This document shows, piece by piece, positions 49,915 to 63,029 of a stretch of DNA of 64,000 nt. The notes under the pieces were generated by a model. That model saw only the letters and a program-made list of their open reading frames with translations. It did not search any database and had not been told where the DNA came from. The position numbers and the translations under genes were made by a program. Every line of letters starts with the position of its first letter. Within the stretch, counting starts at the first letter, position 1. The stretch is from Octopus vulgaris (taxonomy: Eukaryota): contig OX597840.1 in assembly GCA_951406725.2 (NCBI GenBank), positions 30,132,001 through 30,196,000 on the forward strand, in the 5' to 3' direction.

Positions 49915-50303
49915 ATTCTTTCATTATCTTACGTGTTTCTGTCATTTGACTGCGGCCATTCTGGAGCACCACCTTAGAATATTTTTTGGGTTGAAGAAAT
50001 TGATCCCAGGATTTATTCTTTGTAGGCCTAGTACTTATTATATCAGTGTCAGGGACATAAACACACCAACATCGGTTGTTGAGCAATGATGGGCAGGTGG
50101 GATAAACACAGACACATACACATAAATATATACATATATATGACAGGCTTCTTTCAGTTTCCTTCTACCAAATCCCTTCACAAGGCTTTGGTCAATCCGG
50201 GGCTATAGTAGAAGACACTTGCCCAAGGTGCAACACTGTGGGACTGAACCCAGAACCATGCTGTTTGGAAGCGAGCTTCTTACCACACTGCCATGCCTGT
50301 ACC
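49915..50303 (-). mobile_element. older SINE-A copy
   Basis: Diverged consensus match. Confidence 0.75.
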
Positions 50304-51003
50304 TAGCAGTTTCTACAAACAATAAAGCAAACATAAGCAGTAAAAAGTGAGGCACCAGAATTTTTCATGGATGGGCATGTTGGGCATGAGAATTAAAATT
50401 TAGTGGCGAACAACAGAACAATAATCCTATGGTTTAAACCCTTCTGTGACCATATTCCTCACATAATATTCTGCTTTTGTGATTGTATTAATTTTGAAAG
50501 CAATCAAGAATTTAGATGCACTTAGCAAATTAAATTTTTTCCATATCTGTCGAGATTATTTGGGTTTGTGGAACATGATTTAACTTTAGGTTCTTACATA
50601 AAACGAAGATGGAAAGCTTTAAAATTTCAACATGGATAATTGAAAATCAGGCAATTTCTTGCATCATAAAACTCGAGGAATTGATTTCTCAGGTAGAATT
50701 GGTATCGAAACAGTTAATCTTTAACAAAAAAAAAAAGGTAAAAAAAAAGTCATTTTGAAAATTGGAAATCTGAAATCTTAACAAAAATCATCATAATTAC
50801 TATCGTCATTCTTACCATTGTCATCATTATCATCATCAAATAGTCATCATCATCATCATCATCATCATCAAGACTGTCATTCTCATCACTGTCATTGTCG
50901 TCGTCATCACCATCATCATCAATGCACTGTTGTTACTAAAGCCTGCCAGGGCTCTGTATTTCTATGTTTATCGCTAGCAAAGCAGTTACTCCTATTTCCA
51001 GCA

Positions 51004-51066
51004 GTTGGGTGTCTACCACTGACGAGGCCAAAAGAAGCTGAAATCATGTGATCTGATAGTCCTGAC
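51004..51066 (+). ncRNA. canonical type I hammerhead ribozyme with extended stem I
   Basis: GTTGGG-TGT-CTACCA-CTGACGA-GGC-CAAAAGAA-GCT-GAA-ATCA-TG-TGAT-C-TGATAG-T-CCTGAC; all core nucleotides present; predicted cleavage after C51053. Confidence 0.75.
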
Positions 51067-51592
51067 AACAGAAGCAGTGGTTACTGTCTGCCACTGGCAA
51101 TATCCAAATAACCATATGAGAGTTTCTCTCTCTTGTGACCTACAGCCACATTGTATTATTTGTTCTTTTCTTACGGGCAGAATCGGCACACGAGGAATAT
51201 GAAGCAAGCAACTCTTCATAATAAACATGTTTTTCGGTGATTTTCTGAGGAACAACTCTGCAGTTTCCTAGTAGATGGAAACTGAAAGAAGCCCACCATA
51301 TATATCATCATCATCATCATCATCAGTTAATGTCCATTGTCCATGCTGACATGGGTTGGACGGTTTAACCAGGGCTGGTAAGCTGGAAGGCTGCACCAGA
51401 CTCAAGTCTGATTTGGTATGGTTTTCTATGGCTGGATGCCCTTCCTAATGCTAACTACCCACTCATACATGTATATATGTGTGTGTGTATGTGTGTGTCT
51501 GTATGTGTGTGCCTGTGTGTGTATGTCTTTGTGTTTGTTCCTCCATCACTGCTTGACAACCGGTTTTGGTGTGTTTATGTCCCCATAATAAG

Positions 51593-51761
51593 TGCAGGAG
51601 TGGCTGTGTGGTAAGTAGCTTGCTAACCAACCACATGGTTGCGGGTTCAGTCCCACTGTGTGGCATCTTGGGCAAGAGTCTTCTGCTATAGCCCCGGGCC
51701 GACTAATGCCTTGTGAGTGGATTTGGTAGATGGAAACTGAAAGAAGCCTGTTGTATATATG

Positions 51762-51792
<31 letters not shown>

Positions 51793-52001
51793 TTGTGTGT
51801 CTGTGTTTGTCCCCCAAGCATTGCTTGACAATCGATGCTGGTGTGTTTACATCCCCGTCACTTAGCAGTTCGGCAAAAGAGACCGATAGAATAATAACTG
51901 GGCTTACAAAGAATAAGTCCCAGGGTTGATTTGCTCGACTAAAGGCGGTGCTCCAGCATGGCCGCAGTCTAATGACTGAAACAAGTAAAAGAGTAAAGAG
52001 T
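51593..52001 (+). mobile_element. SINE-A nested in the tail of an older SINE-A-like copy
   Basis: Host GTCCCCATAA|...|ACCTAGTGGTTTGGC rejoins across the insertion. Confidence 0.88.
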
Positions 52002-52174
52002 ATAACCTAGTGGTTTGGCAAAAGAACCAATAGAATAATTACTAGGCTTAAAAAAGAAGTTCTTGGATAAATGTATTCAACTAGTCCCTTCAGAGCAGTG
52101 CTCCAGCATGGCTGCAGTCAAATGACTGAAACAAATAGAATAATAAAATAATAAAGAACGCAAAAATATAATAT

Positions 52175-52207
52175 GTAGTTTCAGGCTGCTTGCCTTCATC
52201 AGACAGT
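52175..52207 (-). ncRNA. partial hammerhead motif (core and stem II only)
   Basis: CTGT-CTGATGA-AGGC-AAGCA-GCCT-GAAAC; the 3' side is truncated. Confidence 0.4.
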
Positions 52208-52714
52208 GATACCTTCGAGTTCCTCTTAGCTTTGTATAATCTCTGATAAATTGTTTTCTATGATTGGTAGTGCTATGTGGAATGATAATTAGGCCTGATG
52301 TATGTATGTTAGCTTTAGATATTAGCAGAAATTAATAATATAAATATTGCCAAGCTTCATTAATTTAATGTTAAACAAATAACAATTCATCTAAATTCTG
52401 CCAATTAATGATTGATGGGTGATCATTCTTCAGATGATGGTCATATTTGGATTAATTAAGTTGGCAATCTACTTGATGAAACATCACCGGCATTTAGAAA
52501 TGAATATACATACACCTATTTATATATAGGCACTGGTAAATACAAATATTTATATATACGTACATACACACACATATGTACGTACAGACACACACATCAG
52601 TCAGAGCAATCTTTGTGTTACTCTATTTTCTTCACTTCTCCTTACACTGAACTGATATCACCTGCCTCCAACTCATTCCTTATTTCCAATCACCTGCCAC
52701 ACTATTTTATGATA

Positions 52715-53201
52715 ATGATATGCATAAGATCTGGTCATCAAATCTAAGTAGAGACTTCAAACTTGAAATCTTCAAGGCCACAGTTGAACCAATTCTACTA
52801 TATGGCTCAGAAACCTGGACGTTATCAAAGAAGCTTGAGAGGTGGTTGGATGGAACCTACACTCACCTCCTTATGAGAGCTCAAAAACTCTTGTGGAAGC
52901 ATCATCCAACCAAAATACAAATATATGGGAAACTACCACCCTGTGTCATCTCTTGTGAAAGGTAAGAGAGTCCAGTTTGCTGGACATTGTTGCAGAGCTG
53001 AAAAAGAAGTCATTTCTACTCTTCTCCTCTGGAAGCCATCTACTCACAATACCAGAGGGCACACACTCTCCTACCCTGATGTAATCTCCAGGGATATAGG
53101 CATCCAGCAACAGGACCTCCATAATGCTATAATGGACCGTGAAGTCTGGCATAACATAGTAAATTCTATTGTCTCGACCATGGTCAAACAATGATGATGA
53201 T
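52715..53201 (+). pseudogene. RTE-clade LINE ORF C-terminus with (ATG)n tail
   Basis: KIWSSNLSRDFKLEIFKATVEPILLYGSETWTL...FAGHCCR...DREVW motifs typical of the RTE post-RT region; one frameshift at about 52940. Confidence 0.85.
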
Positions 53202-54265
53202 TTTCTCTCAGTGCACTTATCTACACATCCACCTTTTCCCTTCTCCTCTCCCATTCTGTCTTATATTCACTTTGTACCTGGACCTCACATCTCTTTTATT
53301 TTTCCCTCACTTTCTAGGAGGGCAAACCATGTATTCACCTTCTCAGCCAGACAGCTGCTCCTTGCCCCATTCTCTCTCTCTCTCTCTATCCTAGTTTCAT
53401 CTCCCTCCATTCTATACCCTGCTCAGTTGAGGGGTCTTAGCTTGCAGGTACATGACAATCTGACCGTTGCTGATGTCATATAGAAAGCACCCAGTACACT
53501 CTGTTAAGTGGTTGGCGTTAGGAAAGGCACCCAGCTGTAGAATTCAATGCCAAAGCAGATATGGAACCTGGCAGAACCCTCTGGCTTATATGTTTTTATC
53601 AAACTGCTCAACACAAGCCAATATATTTGATCATCCCATAAATAATGTGGTTTTTCTCGATTGCATGAAATAAAATACAGAGTAGGGTGGGATTAACTAC
53701 CTGCATCAACTTGCTATAAAACCAGGTAGTAATTTTACTTTGTACTTATTCTTAATGCGAGTTTTGAAAAGTGCAGTTCGGTTTTTCCAAAGCTGTAAAT
53801 GGAAGTGACAAAGGAACACATTTGGCAAATTTTGCTTTATGAGTTCAATAAAGGCAGCAACGCAATGGAAAATGTGAGGAATATTAATGCAGCTAGGTTC
53901 TATAACCACAAAATTAGGGATAAAATTCGACAGGAACGAAATGAAAAAATATTTTTATTGTTATAGAACCTAGCTGTTCTTTCTAACGTGTTGAATCCCA
54001 CAAGTGAATTCCTTATGTGTTTAAATGTATACTATATATTATGATTGGGGACTAATTTTTTACACGTTAGGCCACTGGAAGCGAAAATTTCTATTAATTT
54101 TCCATTTCCCTTTGATATGATTAAGTGTATATATACATATATGAATGGTGGTGCCTCAGCATGGCCACAGCTCGTGAGCTGAAACTAGATAAAATATAAA
54201 ATATAAATATATATACATATATGTAAATGTATATATATATGTGTATATATATGTATATATATATA

Positions 54266-54327
<62 letters not shown>

Positions 54328-54404
54328 AATATATATATGTAAATAAATATTTATATGTGTGTGTATATATATATATATATATATTTATATACACTTTGTC
54401 TTGT

Positions 54405-54735
54405 GAAGGCACATGGCTTAGTGGTTATAGCATCAAGTTCACAATCATGAGGTAGTGTGTTTGATTCCTGGACTGAGCTGTGTGTTGTGTCCTTGAGCAA
54501 GACACTTTGTCTCACATTTCTCCAGTTAACTCATCTGTAGAAATAAGTTACACCGTCACTGCTGCCAAGCAGTGTTGCCCTTTACCTCTCCCTTGGACCA
54601 ACATCAGTGTCATGGTGATGGGAAGCTGAGATACATTGGCAACAAGCTTGCCCAGGCTTGTGCCTCGGAGGGGAACATTCTAGGTGCAATCTCATGATCA
54701 TTCATGACTGATGAGGGTCTTAACCCTTTACACTT
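54405..54735 (+). mobile_element. CORE-like tRNA SINE (related partial copies at about 21665-21915 and 49625-49735)
   Basis: TGGCTTAGTGG A-box, GTTTGATTCC B-box, TGTGTCCTTGAGCAAGACACTTT domain. Confidence 0.7.
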
Positions 54736-55254
54736 TCCCTTAAATCACACCATGCAATTTTAAAATTTGAAAGACCCTATATTGGATAATGTAATTCCAG
54801 ACACAGGCCTCCTTCTCTCATCCTTTAAACTCTTATCCCCTGACATAAAGGCAAGACAATCCCTCTCTAATGTAGTCCAACTAAGTCAAAATTAGTCTTA
54901 GTTTTGCATGTTACATGGCAACCTCACTAGTGCTGGTGCCATGAAATAAGCTCTCTGTCCAGTGTGGAAATCAGCTGGGACTAGGAAGGACATCAAGCCA
55001 TCAAAGACATACCATAACAAAACAGATGTGGGAGTGATATGAGAACATGATGCAGTCCTAACCCCCATGTGATTCAGTCAAATTGTCAAACCCATACTAG
55101 GCTGGATCATCATCATCGTCATCATTATCATCATTTAATGGCCATCTCCCATGCTGGAATGCATTGGACATTTTAACAGGAGGTGATAAGCAAGAGGACT
55201 GCACCAAGCTCTGCTGTATGCAGTCACCTGACTTACCAGCTTCTGAACATTAAA

Positions 55255-55497
55255 TAATGATGATGGTGATGATGATGATGATGGGGACAACAATGATGAT
55301 GATGATGATGGTGATGGTGGTGGCAGTGGCAATGATAACAACAATGGTGATGGTCTTGATGATGATGATGATGGCGATGAAGACAATGACGATCATGATG
55401 ATGAAAATGATGGTGGAAGGGGCGAAGATGACAATGATGGAAATTGTGTTAATGATGGTGATGACTATGACGATGACTATAATGATGACGATGATGA

Positions 55498-55531
<34 letters not shown>

Positions 55532-55691
55532 GGTGGTGGTGGTGGTGGTGGTGATGACTATGAATATGATGACAATGATGATGAAGATGATGACGATGAT
55601 GATGATGATGATGACGACGATGAATATGATGACGATGATGATGATGATGATAAGGACTATGATGATGATGATGATGATGATGATAAGGACT

Positions 55692-55723
<32 letters not shown>

Positions 55724-56010
55724 AAGGACTATGATGATGATGATGAAGATGATGATGATGACGATGATGATGATAATGACTATGATGATGACTATGATGA
55801 TGATGAGGACGATGATGATGACTATGATGATGATGATGATGACAATGACTATGATGATGATGATGACTATGATGATGATGATGATGATAATGACTATGAT
55901 GATGACTATGATGATGATGATGATGAGGACGATGATGATGACTATGATGATGATGATGATGAGGACGATGATGATGACTATGATGATGATGATGATGATG
56001 ATGATGATAA
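55255..56010. repeat. degenerate (GAT)n/(GGT)n expanse
   Basis: Directly visible; recurring GACTAT and AAGGACTAT variants show block duplications. Confidence 0.95.
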
Positions 56011-56439
56011 TAATTTACAATAAAAAAATTTTTTTAGATGGTAAGGTCATAGCTGGAACAGCTCTGATCATCCAATCATAAGCAATCTTGCTCAATCCGA
56101 GCTAAGATGGGTGGGGGTTAAATAACGATGGAAAATAATTAAACCAAAGAAATGCATAAATAATAATTATCCTGTCACTGAAAACACTTAATTAAAAATT
56201 AAACGGCTTTAAACGAAGTATGTTTCCATAATTGCATAGTTTTCTATTTAAACTGAAAACAGCAATAAAATCATTAATTAATATTTTAATCTACAAAGTT
56301 ATTTTGTAAACATTAATTTTTAATGTGATGCACTGGTTTTTAACGAACAAAAACGGTCGGAATTGATAGGAAGAATTCCGTCACTTTGTCTCCAGAAACA
56401 ATAAACCGTCTGAAATCAGTGGAGCATTGAATTCTAAGC

Positions 56440-57020
56440 CAGTCAGTATTTTTTTGGTGAAGATGACCCGGTGGTAAGAGTGTTACACTCGTGCTCGTAA
56501 GATCACAGTTTCAATTCACAGACTGCGAAGTGCATAGTATTCTTGATCGATGCGCAGGAGTGGCTGTGTGGTAAGTAGCTTGTTTACCAACCACATGGTT
56601 CCGGGTTCAGTCCCACTGTGTGGCACCTTGGGTCAGTCAGTACTTTTTTGGTAAAGATGGTCAGGTGGTAAGAGTGTTACACTCGTGATTGTAATATCAC
56701 AGTTTCAATTCTCAGACTGGGAAGTGCATAGTATTCTTGATCAATGCGCAGGAGTGGCTGTGTGGTAAGTAGCTTGTTTACCAACCACATGGTTCCGGGT
56801 TCAGTCCCACTGTGTGGCACCTTGGGCCAGTCAGTATTTTTTTGGTGAAGATGGTCAGGTGGTAAGAGTGTTACACTCGTGATTGTAATATCACAGTTTC
56901 AATTCTCAGACTGGGAAGTGCATAGTATTCTTGATCAATGCGCAGGAGTGGCTGTGTGGTAAGTAGCTTGTTTACCAACCACATGGTTCCAGGTTCAGTC
57001 CCACTGCATGGCACCTTGGG
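56440..57020 (+). repeat. three 194-bp tandem units, each an old SINE head plus a SINE-A head
   Basis: Units start CAGTCAGTA at 56440, 56634 and 56828. Confidence 0.9.
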
Positions 57021-57327
57021 CAAGTGTCTTCTACTATAGCCCCGGGCTGACCAAAGCCTTGTGAGTGGATTTGATTGACGGAAACTGAAAGAAGCCTGTT
57101 GTATATATGTACGATGGGCTATAGTAGGTCACCATTTCTCTTAGAAATAGTGACCTATTTGGCTGCCATTTCTAATATTTTCGGTATGTGGTTTTGAGCA
57201 ACTTGTTGCAATTAACCCTTTATTATAATTAATATAATCCTTACCAAATAAGGTATTTTCCATACCGATAAAACTACTAGGTGAAATTTAATAATTTTAT
57301 TAAATTAATTATATTTCACCATTTTTG

Positions 57328-57382
<55 letters not shown>

Positions 57383-57590
57383 ATGTTCGTGTGTCTGTGT
57401 TTGTCCCCCTAGCATTGCTTGACAACCGATGCTGGTGTGTTTATGTTCCCGTTACTTAGCGGTTTGGCAAAAGAGACCGATAGAATAAGTACTGGGCTTA
57501 CAAAAGAATAAGTCCCGGGGTCGAGTTGCTCGACTAAAGGCGGTGCTCCAGCATGGCTGCAGTCAACTGACTGAAACAAGTAAAAGAGTA
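56940..57590 (+). mobile_element. SINE-A interrupted at its (TA) centre by a ~210-bp insert (57115-57328)
   Basis: Head and tail halves match the consensus. Confidence 0.85.
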
Positions 57591-58011
57591 ATGCTCTGTA
57601 TTTCCCGTTGCTTTATTTCACTCAGCCGTAAATGAGTATCTCTGGATGAGTCGTGTGTCTTGTTTAAGGTCACCCTTGTGATCTCCATCCCTTGTGGACA
57701 TTGAATGACCAGCTCTAGGACTCCTCTGGATTGAGATAAGTGATGTCTTTGGGTCAATGTTAACGAGTTCTTATTTGTATTATCCTTTGGCTTTTACTTG
57801 CTTCAATAATTAAAATGCGACCATGCTGGAGCACTGTCCTGAACAGTTTTTAGTCGAATAAATCAACAGCAGTACATTTTTTAAAAATCTGGTACTTATT
57901 CTGTTGATCTCTTTTGCCAAACCACTAAGTTATTGGGTCATAAACACATGAACACCAGTTGTCAAGTGGTAGGGATGGTGGTGGACAAATACAGACACAA
58001 AGATACACACA

Positions 58012-58046
<35 letters not shown>

Positions 58047-58048
<2 letters not shown>

Positions 58049-58446
58049 TCTTACTCTTTACTTTTTTACTTGTTTCAGTCATTTGACTGCGGCCATGCTG
58101 GAGCACCACCTTTAATCAAGCAACTTGACCCCATGACTTATTCTTTTGTAAGCCCAGTACTTATTCTATTGGTCTCTTTTGCCCAACTGCTAAGTAACGT
58201 GGACATAAACACACCAGCATCGGTTGTCAAGCAATGCTAGAGGGACAAACACAGACACACAAACACACACACACATATATATATATACGACAGGCTTCTT
58301 TCAGTTTCCGTCTACCAAATCCACTCACAAGGTCAGCCCGAGGCTATAGTCGAAGATACTTGCCCAAAGTGCCACGCAGTGGGACTGAACCCGGAACCAT
58401 GTGGTTCGTTAGCAAGCTACTTACCACACAGCCACTCCTACGCCTA
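58047..58446 (-). mobile_element. SINE-A nested in the (TA)n of an older copy
   Basis: Consensus match; host halves at 57790-58020 and 58780-58918. Confidence 0.85.
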
Positions 58447-58453
58447 TATATAA

Positions 58454-58484
<31 letters not shown>

Positions 58485-59170
58485 AAAATACAAAATGGTA
58501 CAAAAACGCAAAACATCCAGATAGATGATACTAAAAACACGGACGGGTCATTCGAAGCCTCTAATCTTCAGTCAAGAACCGGATCATCCTTGCAATTTTG
58601 GCTGATTTATCTTGAGATTGCTCCAATCTGGCCAGCCCCAAGGAAAAACTAAGCTAAGAGCATTAGATTTCTTGGAAAAAAGCTTCGAATGTATATGAAA
58701 CAAGGACGATGTTACATGAATATAAATACAAAAATAATACAAAAAAAACAATAATAATATGTGTGTGTGTGTGTTTATGAGGAACTTCTTTCAGTTTCCA
58801 TCTACCACATCCACTCATAAGGTTTTGGTCAACCCAAGGTTCAAAATGCTATGCAGTGGGATTGAACCCAGAACCATGTGGTTGCGAAGCAAGCTTCTTA
58901 CCACATAGCCATGCCTGTGTTCAAAACCTGTTATCTTTTATCTTTTCTAAGTTTCAGTTATTTGACTGCGTCCATACTGGGGCACCTCTTCGAAGGGTTT
59001 TAGTCAAACAAATTGACACCAGGACTTATTTTTTAAAGCCAGCTTCGGATTATATTGGCTTCATTTGACAAACTGCTAAGTTACAGGGTCGTATACAAAC
59101 CAACACAAGCTGTCAAGTGGAGATGGTGAGGGAGAAACTCAGACATTTACACACACACACACACATATGT

Positions 59171-59298
59171 TAGGTTGTCCCAAAAGTTCGTAAACACTTG
59201 CGAAATTGAATTTTTACTCGCAAAAACAACAAAAATTATTCCTCAAAATAAAGACCATTATTTTCCAAGACTTTCTACGAACTTTTGGGACAACCTTA
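59171..59298. mobile_element. mariner-like MITE
   Basis: TIRs AGGTTGTCCCAAAAGTTCGTA / TACGAACTTTTGGGACAACCT. Confidence 0.8.
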
Positions 59299-59379
59299 TA
59301 TGATAGGCTTCTTTCAGTTTTCATCCATAAAATCCATTCACAAGGCTGTGGTCAACCTGAGGCTATACTAGAAGACACT

Positions 59380-59798
59380 AGAAGGCGGTGAGCTGGCAGA
59401 AATGTTAGCACACCGGGCGAAATGCGTTGCTGTATTTCATCTGCCTTTACGTTCTGAGTTCAAATTCCACCGAGGTCGACTTTGCCTTTTATCCTTTCAG
59501 GGTCGATAAATTAAGTACCAGTTACGCACTGGGGTCGATATAATCGACTTAATCCGTTTGTCTGTCGTTGTTTGTCCCCTCTGTGTTTAGCCCCTTGTGG
59601 GTAGTAAAGAAATAGGTATTTCGTCTGCAGTTACGTTCTGAGTTCAAATTCCGCCGAGGTCGACTTTGCCTTTCATCCTTTCGGGGTCGATAAATTAAGT
59701 ACCAATTACGCACTGGGGGCGATGTAATCGACTTAATCCCTTTGTCTGTCCTTGTTTGTCCCCTCTGTGTTTGGCCCTTTGTGGGTAGTAAAGAAATA
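59380..59798 (+). mobile_element. SINE-B dimer with a 16-bp TSD, inserted in an old SINE-A
   Basis: TSD TATACTAGAAGACACT at 59364-59379 and 59799-59814; junction AAGAAATAG|GTATTTCG at about 59615. Confidence 0.9.
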
Positions 59799-60095
59799 TA
59801 TACTAGAAGACACTTGTCCAATGTACCATGCATCGGGACTGATCCTGGAACCATGGAGTTGGGAAGCAAGCTTCTTACCACACAGCCATGCCTGGGTTCC
59901 AATCCTGCTTAGATTTCAATTTTCTCACCGTTTTACACTTCCTTGCTTTTAGGCATCAGACTGTCGTTTTATAAGACGAACATAATTATTATGGTGAATT
60001 TTCTTCGCAGATTAAAATATTAATTCTTGATTTTTTTCCTTAAATGAAAATCAACTTTTAATTATAAAAACCTGCTTCATTTAAAACTGTTCAAT

Positions 60096-60548
60096 TTTAA
60101 CTCTTTTGTCACCATATTCCATATTTCTGCTGAAATACCCTCTCTTTGTTTCAATTAATTTCGAAAATAATGAAAAATTTTGCAAAATAATTTTGTCATT
60201 AAACTGGTGTTTGGAAAATAAATTAACATGAACTTTTGAAGGGCAGTTTTAATTTAGGTTAGAGTAAGGTGGACGTTGTGTTATAGATTTTGGGGCAGCC
60301 TCAGGCAGGTTGGCATCAGAATGGTTTTAGCTCTTTTGTTACCATATTTCTGTTGAGACAACACTGTCTTTGTTTCAACTGATTTTCAAAACGATGAAGA
60401 ATTTTGTAAAATAGCTGTCATTATTTAGCTGTCTTTTGGAACATGACATGGAATTTTGATGGCAGGCTTTCAATAAAATCAAGAAACAAAAAATTGTATC
60501 ATAGGACTAGTTGGAGACTTAGATGGGTTAGTATCTAAAGTGCTAACA
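60096..60548. mobile_element. two adjacent diverged piggyBac-like MITEs
   Basis: TTAACTCTTTTGTCACCATATT... and TTAGCTCTTTTGTTACCATATTTCTGTTGAGA... are reverse-complement relatives of 20904-21630. Confidence 0.6.
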
Positions 60549-60695
60549 CTTGTTGTGGTCATCATCATCATCATCATCATTTAGTGTCTGTTTTCCTTGC
60601 TGGCATGGGTTAGACAGCTTGATGGGAACTGGTAAGCTGGAGAGCTGTACCAGGCTCCTATCTGGTTTAGCTTGGTTTCTACTGCTGGATGCTCC

Positions 60696-60776
<81 letters not shown>

Positions 60777-60779
<3 letters not shown>

Positions 60780-61039
60780 TAGTTTTATTTTTATAGCGTG
60801 CTTTCACTTCACTACCGAGCGCAGCTCTGTGTGCCTTGGGTATGTGCTGTGATTTGTTGTGATGCTCTGATGGTTATTGTATGGAAAGTGTTCTGCGTAG
60901 GATGTGTGCAGTGCCTAGTAGTGCAATTTTCTGTATGTTATATGTGTTTGTAAGTCCTGGTGTTTTTGTTATGTATTTGTCTGAATATTTTTTTATCATG
61001 CCTAATGCACCTACTATGATAGGAATTGTTTCTGTTTTT
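60777..61039 (-). mobile_element. Dong/R4-type LINE 3' end in (TTA)n
   Basis: KTETIPIIVGALG...RTLSIQ* plus the same 3' UTR as 11607-11703. Confidence 0.88.
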
Positions 61040-61055
61040 ATTATTATTATTATTA

Positions 61056-61088
<33 letters not shown>

Positions 61089-61631
61089 GTGTGCCAGGAA
61101 AAATGCATTGCGATTTTTTGCTCTGGCATTTTACATTCTGAGATCAAATCCTACCGCGTTCAGATTTGTCTTTCATCCATCTCAGAGCAGTGTAATGAAG
61201 TGCTGGTCAAGTGTTGGTATTGATTTTTACCGACAAACACCATCTCTCCAAAATTCAAACCCAGTGCATATATAAGAATCCGTCATCATCATCATCATTA
61301 ATTCTATTCCATAGAATGTTATAGATATCTTCTTCTGATATAACTCCTTTCTCATCTACAAGACATCCTTCATCCACATCCTTCTCATCATCATCATCAT
61401 CATGTACCATCTACTCTCAGCAGGGGTGGGGATGCCATAGATTTGTTATTTCTGTTTTTCTGCTGATGCCATTATTATCATTCTAAATCTTTCCAGTTCT
61501 TGAGAGCCATCTAAGGGATTCTTATGTTCCCCTCTAACCACCAGTACCATTCTTTCTTTTCCACGTCATTTTGCCTTTTGTTATTAGTTTCTTTCTCCCC
61601 CTTCTCCCTCTCTCTCTCTCTCATTTTCATG

Positions 61632-61666
<35 letters not shown>

Positions 61667-62550
61667 CCTATCTATCTACCTATCTATCTATCTGTCTGCC
61701 TGTCTATCTATCCATCTTTCTCCCTGTCTTATCTATCCATCTACCTATCTATCTGTCTGTCTGTCTATCATCTATTTATCATCTGTCAGTCAGTCTGAGA
61801 ATTTCTGTCTACCTGTCTATCTATCAGTCAACCAACCAGCCGACCGACAACCAACCAACCAACCAACCAACCAATCAATCAATCAATCAATCGTTTGTAT
61901 TTAAATGTCCAAGATATTTTCCCTTTCTTTCTCTTGAAACAAACCAAAGAAATTTTCATACTCTTTACCATTTTTAGTTCTTTGGCATCGGTTTGGTGTT
62001 CTGCATTTTTTGGAACATAAATATCAACCCAATTGACTGGTACTTTATTCTATCAACCTCAGAAAGATGTAAAACAGCTAAAATTTGGTAGGATTTGAAC
62101 CTAAATATGTAAAGAACCATAACCAAGACTTATGATGGTTGAGATGGGTGTTCAGCCAGTATACTGGTTCAGGGCCAAGGTAAAGGTCCCAGTTATTTAT
62201 TGAAGAATTTTCCTAAACCTAAAAGAGCTCAGCACCTTTCAACTTTTGAAAGACAAATCACCCCCTTTTGTCACGGGTCCCCCATTCTCAGGATCAACCC
62301 TTTCCGTTCTGTTAACCCTAAATGTAACCCCTTTTCTCCTGAGCTATGACAGCTATACCTCATCGTTGACACCTCTCTCATTTATGCCATGGATTATCAA
62401 GAACCCAACACCATTGCTTGTCTCTCATTATATCCAGGTACCCTCAAGCCTGGGTTCTTGAAAGGAATTTTATTCTGCTTTGCCAAATTTCTCCTGGAGA
62501 TTTGGACTATAATTATATTCTGCAATGCCATTTTTCCATTATTTCAACAA

Positions 62551-62673
62551 TTCTTCTTCTTCTTCTTCTTCTTCTTCTTCTTCTTCTTCTTCTTCTTCTT
62601 CTTCTTCTTCTTCTTCTTCTTCTTCTTCTTCTTCTTCTTCTTCTTCTTCTTCTTCTTCTTCTTCTTCTTCTTC
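62551..62673. repeat. pure (TTC)n
   Basis: Directly visible. Confidence 0.95.
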
Positions 62674-62899
62674 ACCTCCACCTCCTCCTCTTCCTCTTTA
62701 TGATGATGAGGATGATGATGATGATGATGATGATGATTTCAAATTTTTCGACAAGGGCAGCCAATTTGGGGGAGGAGATGTGTCGATTACATCAACCCCA
62801 GTATTCCACTGATACTTAATTGATTGACCCCAAAAGAATGAAAGGCAATGTTGACCTCAGTGGAATTTGACCACAGAATGTAGAGACAGACAAAATGCC

Positions 62900-63029
62900 A
62901 CAGGTGAAATCAATAGCAAAGGAAAATGCGTTCGAACAATTGGCTGACAGGTGGGAACAAAAACCTCTGCATGGAAAATATGTGGTTCGTAGCAAATAAG
63001 CTGATGTAGACCAGAAGCACACCCATCAA
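62900..63029 (+). pseudogene. internal fragment of a Dong/R4-type LINE ORF
   Basis: QVKSIAKENAFEQLADRWEQKPLHGKY...ADVDQKHTHQ contains the W..KPLHG.Y motif of R4/Dong elements. Confidence 0.6.

Noticed and set aside
53890-53976. 17-bp inverted repeat (and the palindrome at 27388-27416) as terminator or pre-miRNA
   Set aside because: Too short and AT-rich to assign a function; likely small versions of the fold-back insertions
55257-56081. 274-aa poly-Met ORF and the poly-Asp alternative frame
   Set aside because: Translation of a (GAT)n microsatellite
58500-58760. Repeat with CTGAAGA on the minus strand (similar case at 33730-33900)
   Set aside because: Could not complete a hammerhead fold; probably repeat-derived but unclassified
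59920-60000. Possible small exon (pyrimidine tract-TAG at about 59952, GTGAAT at about 59993)
   Set aside because: Weak donor, no recognisable peptide, no partner exons
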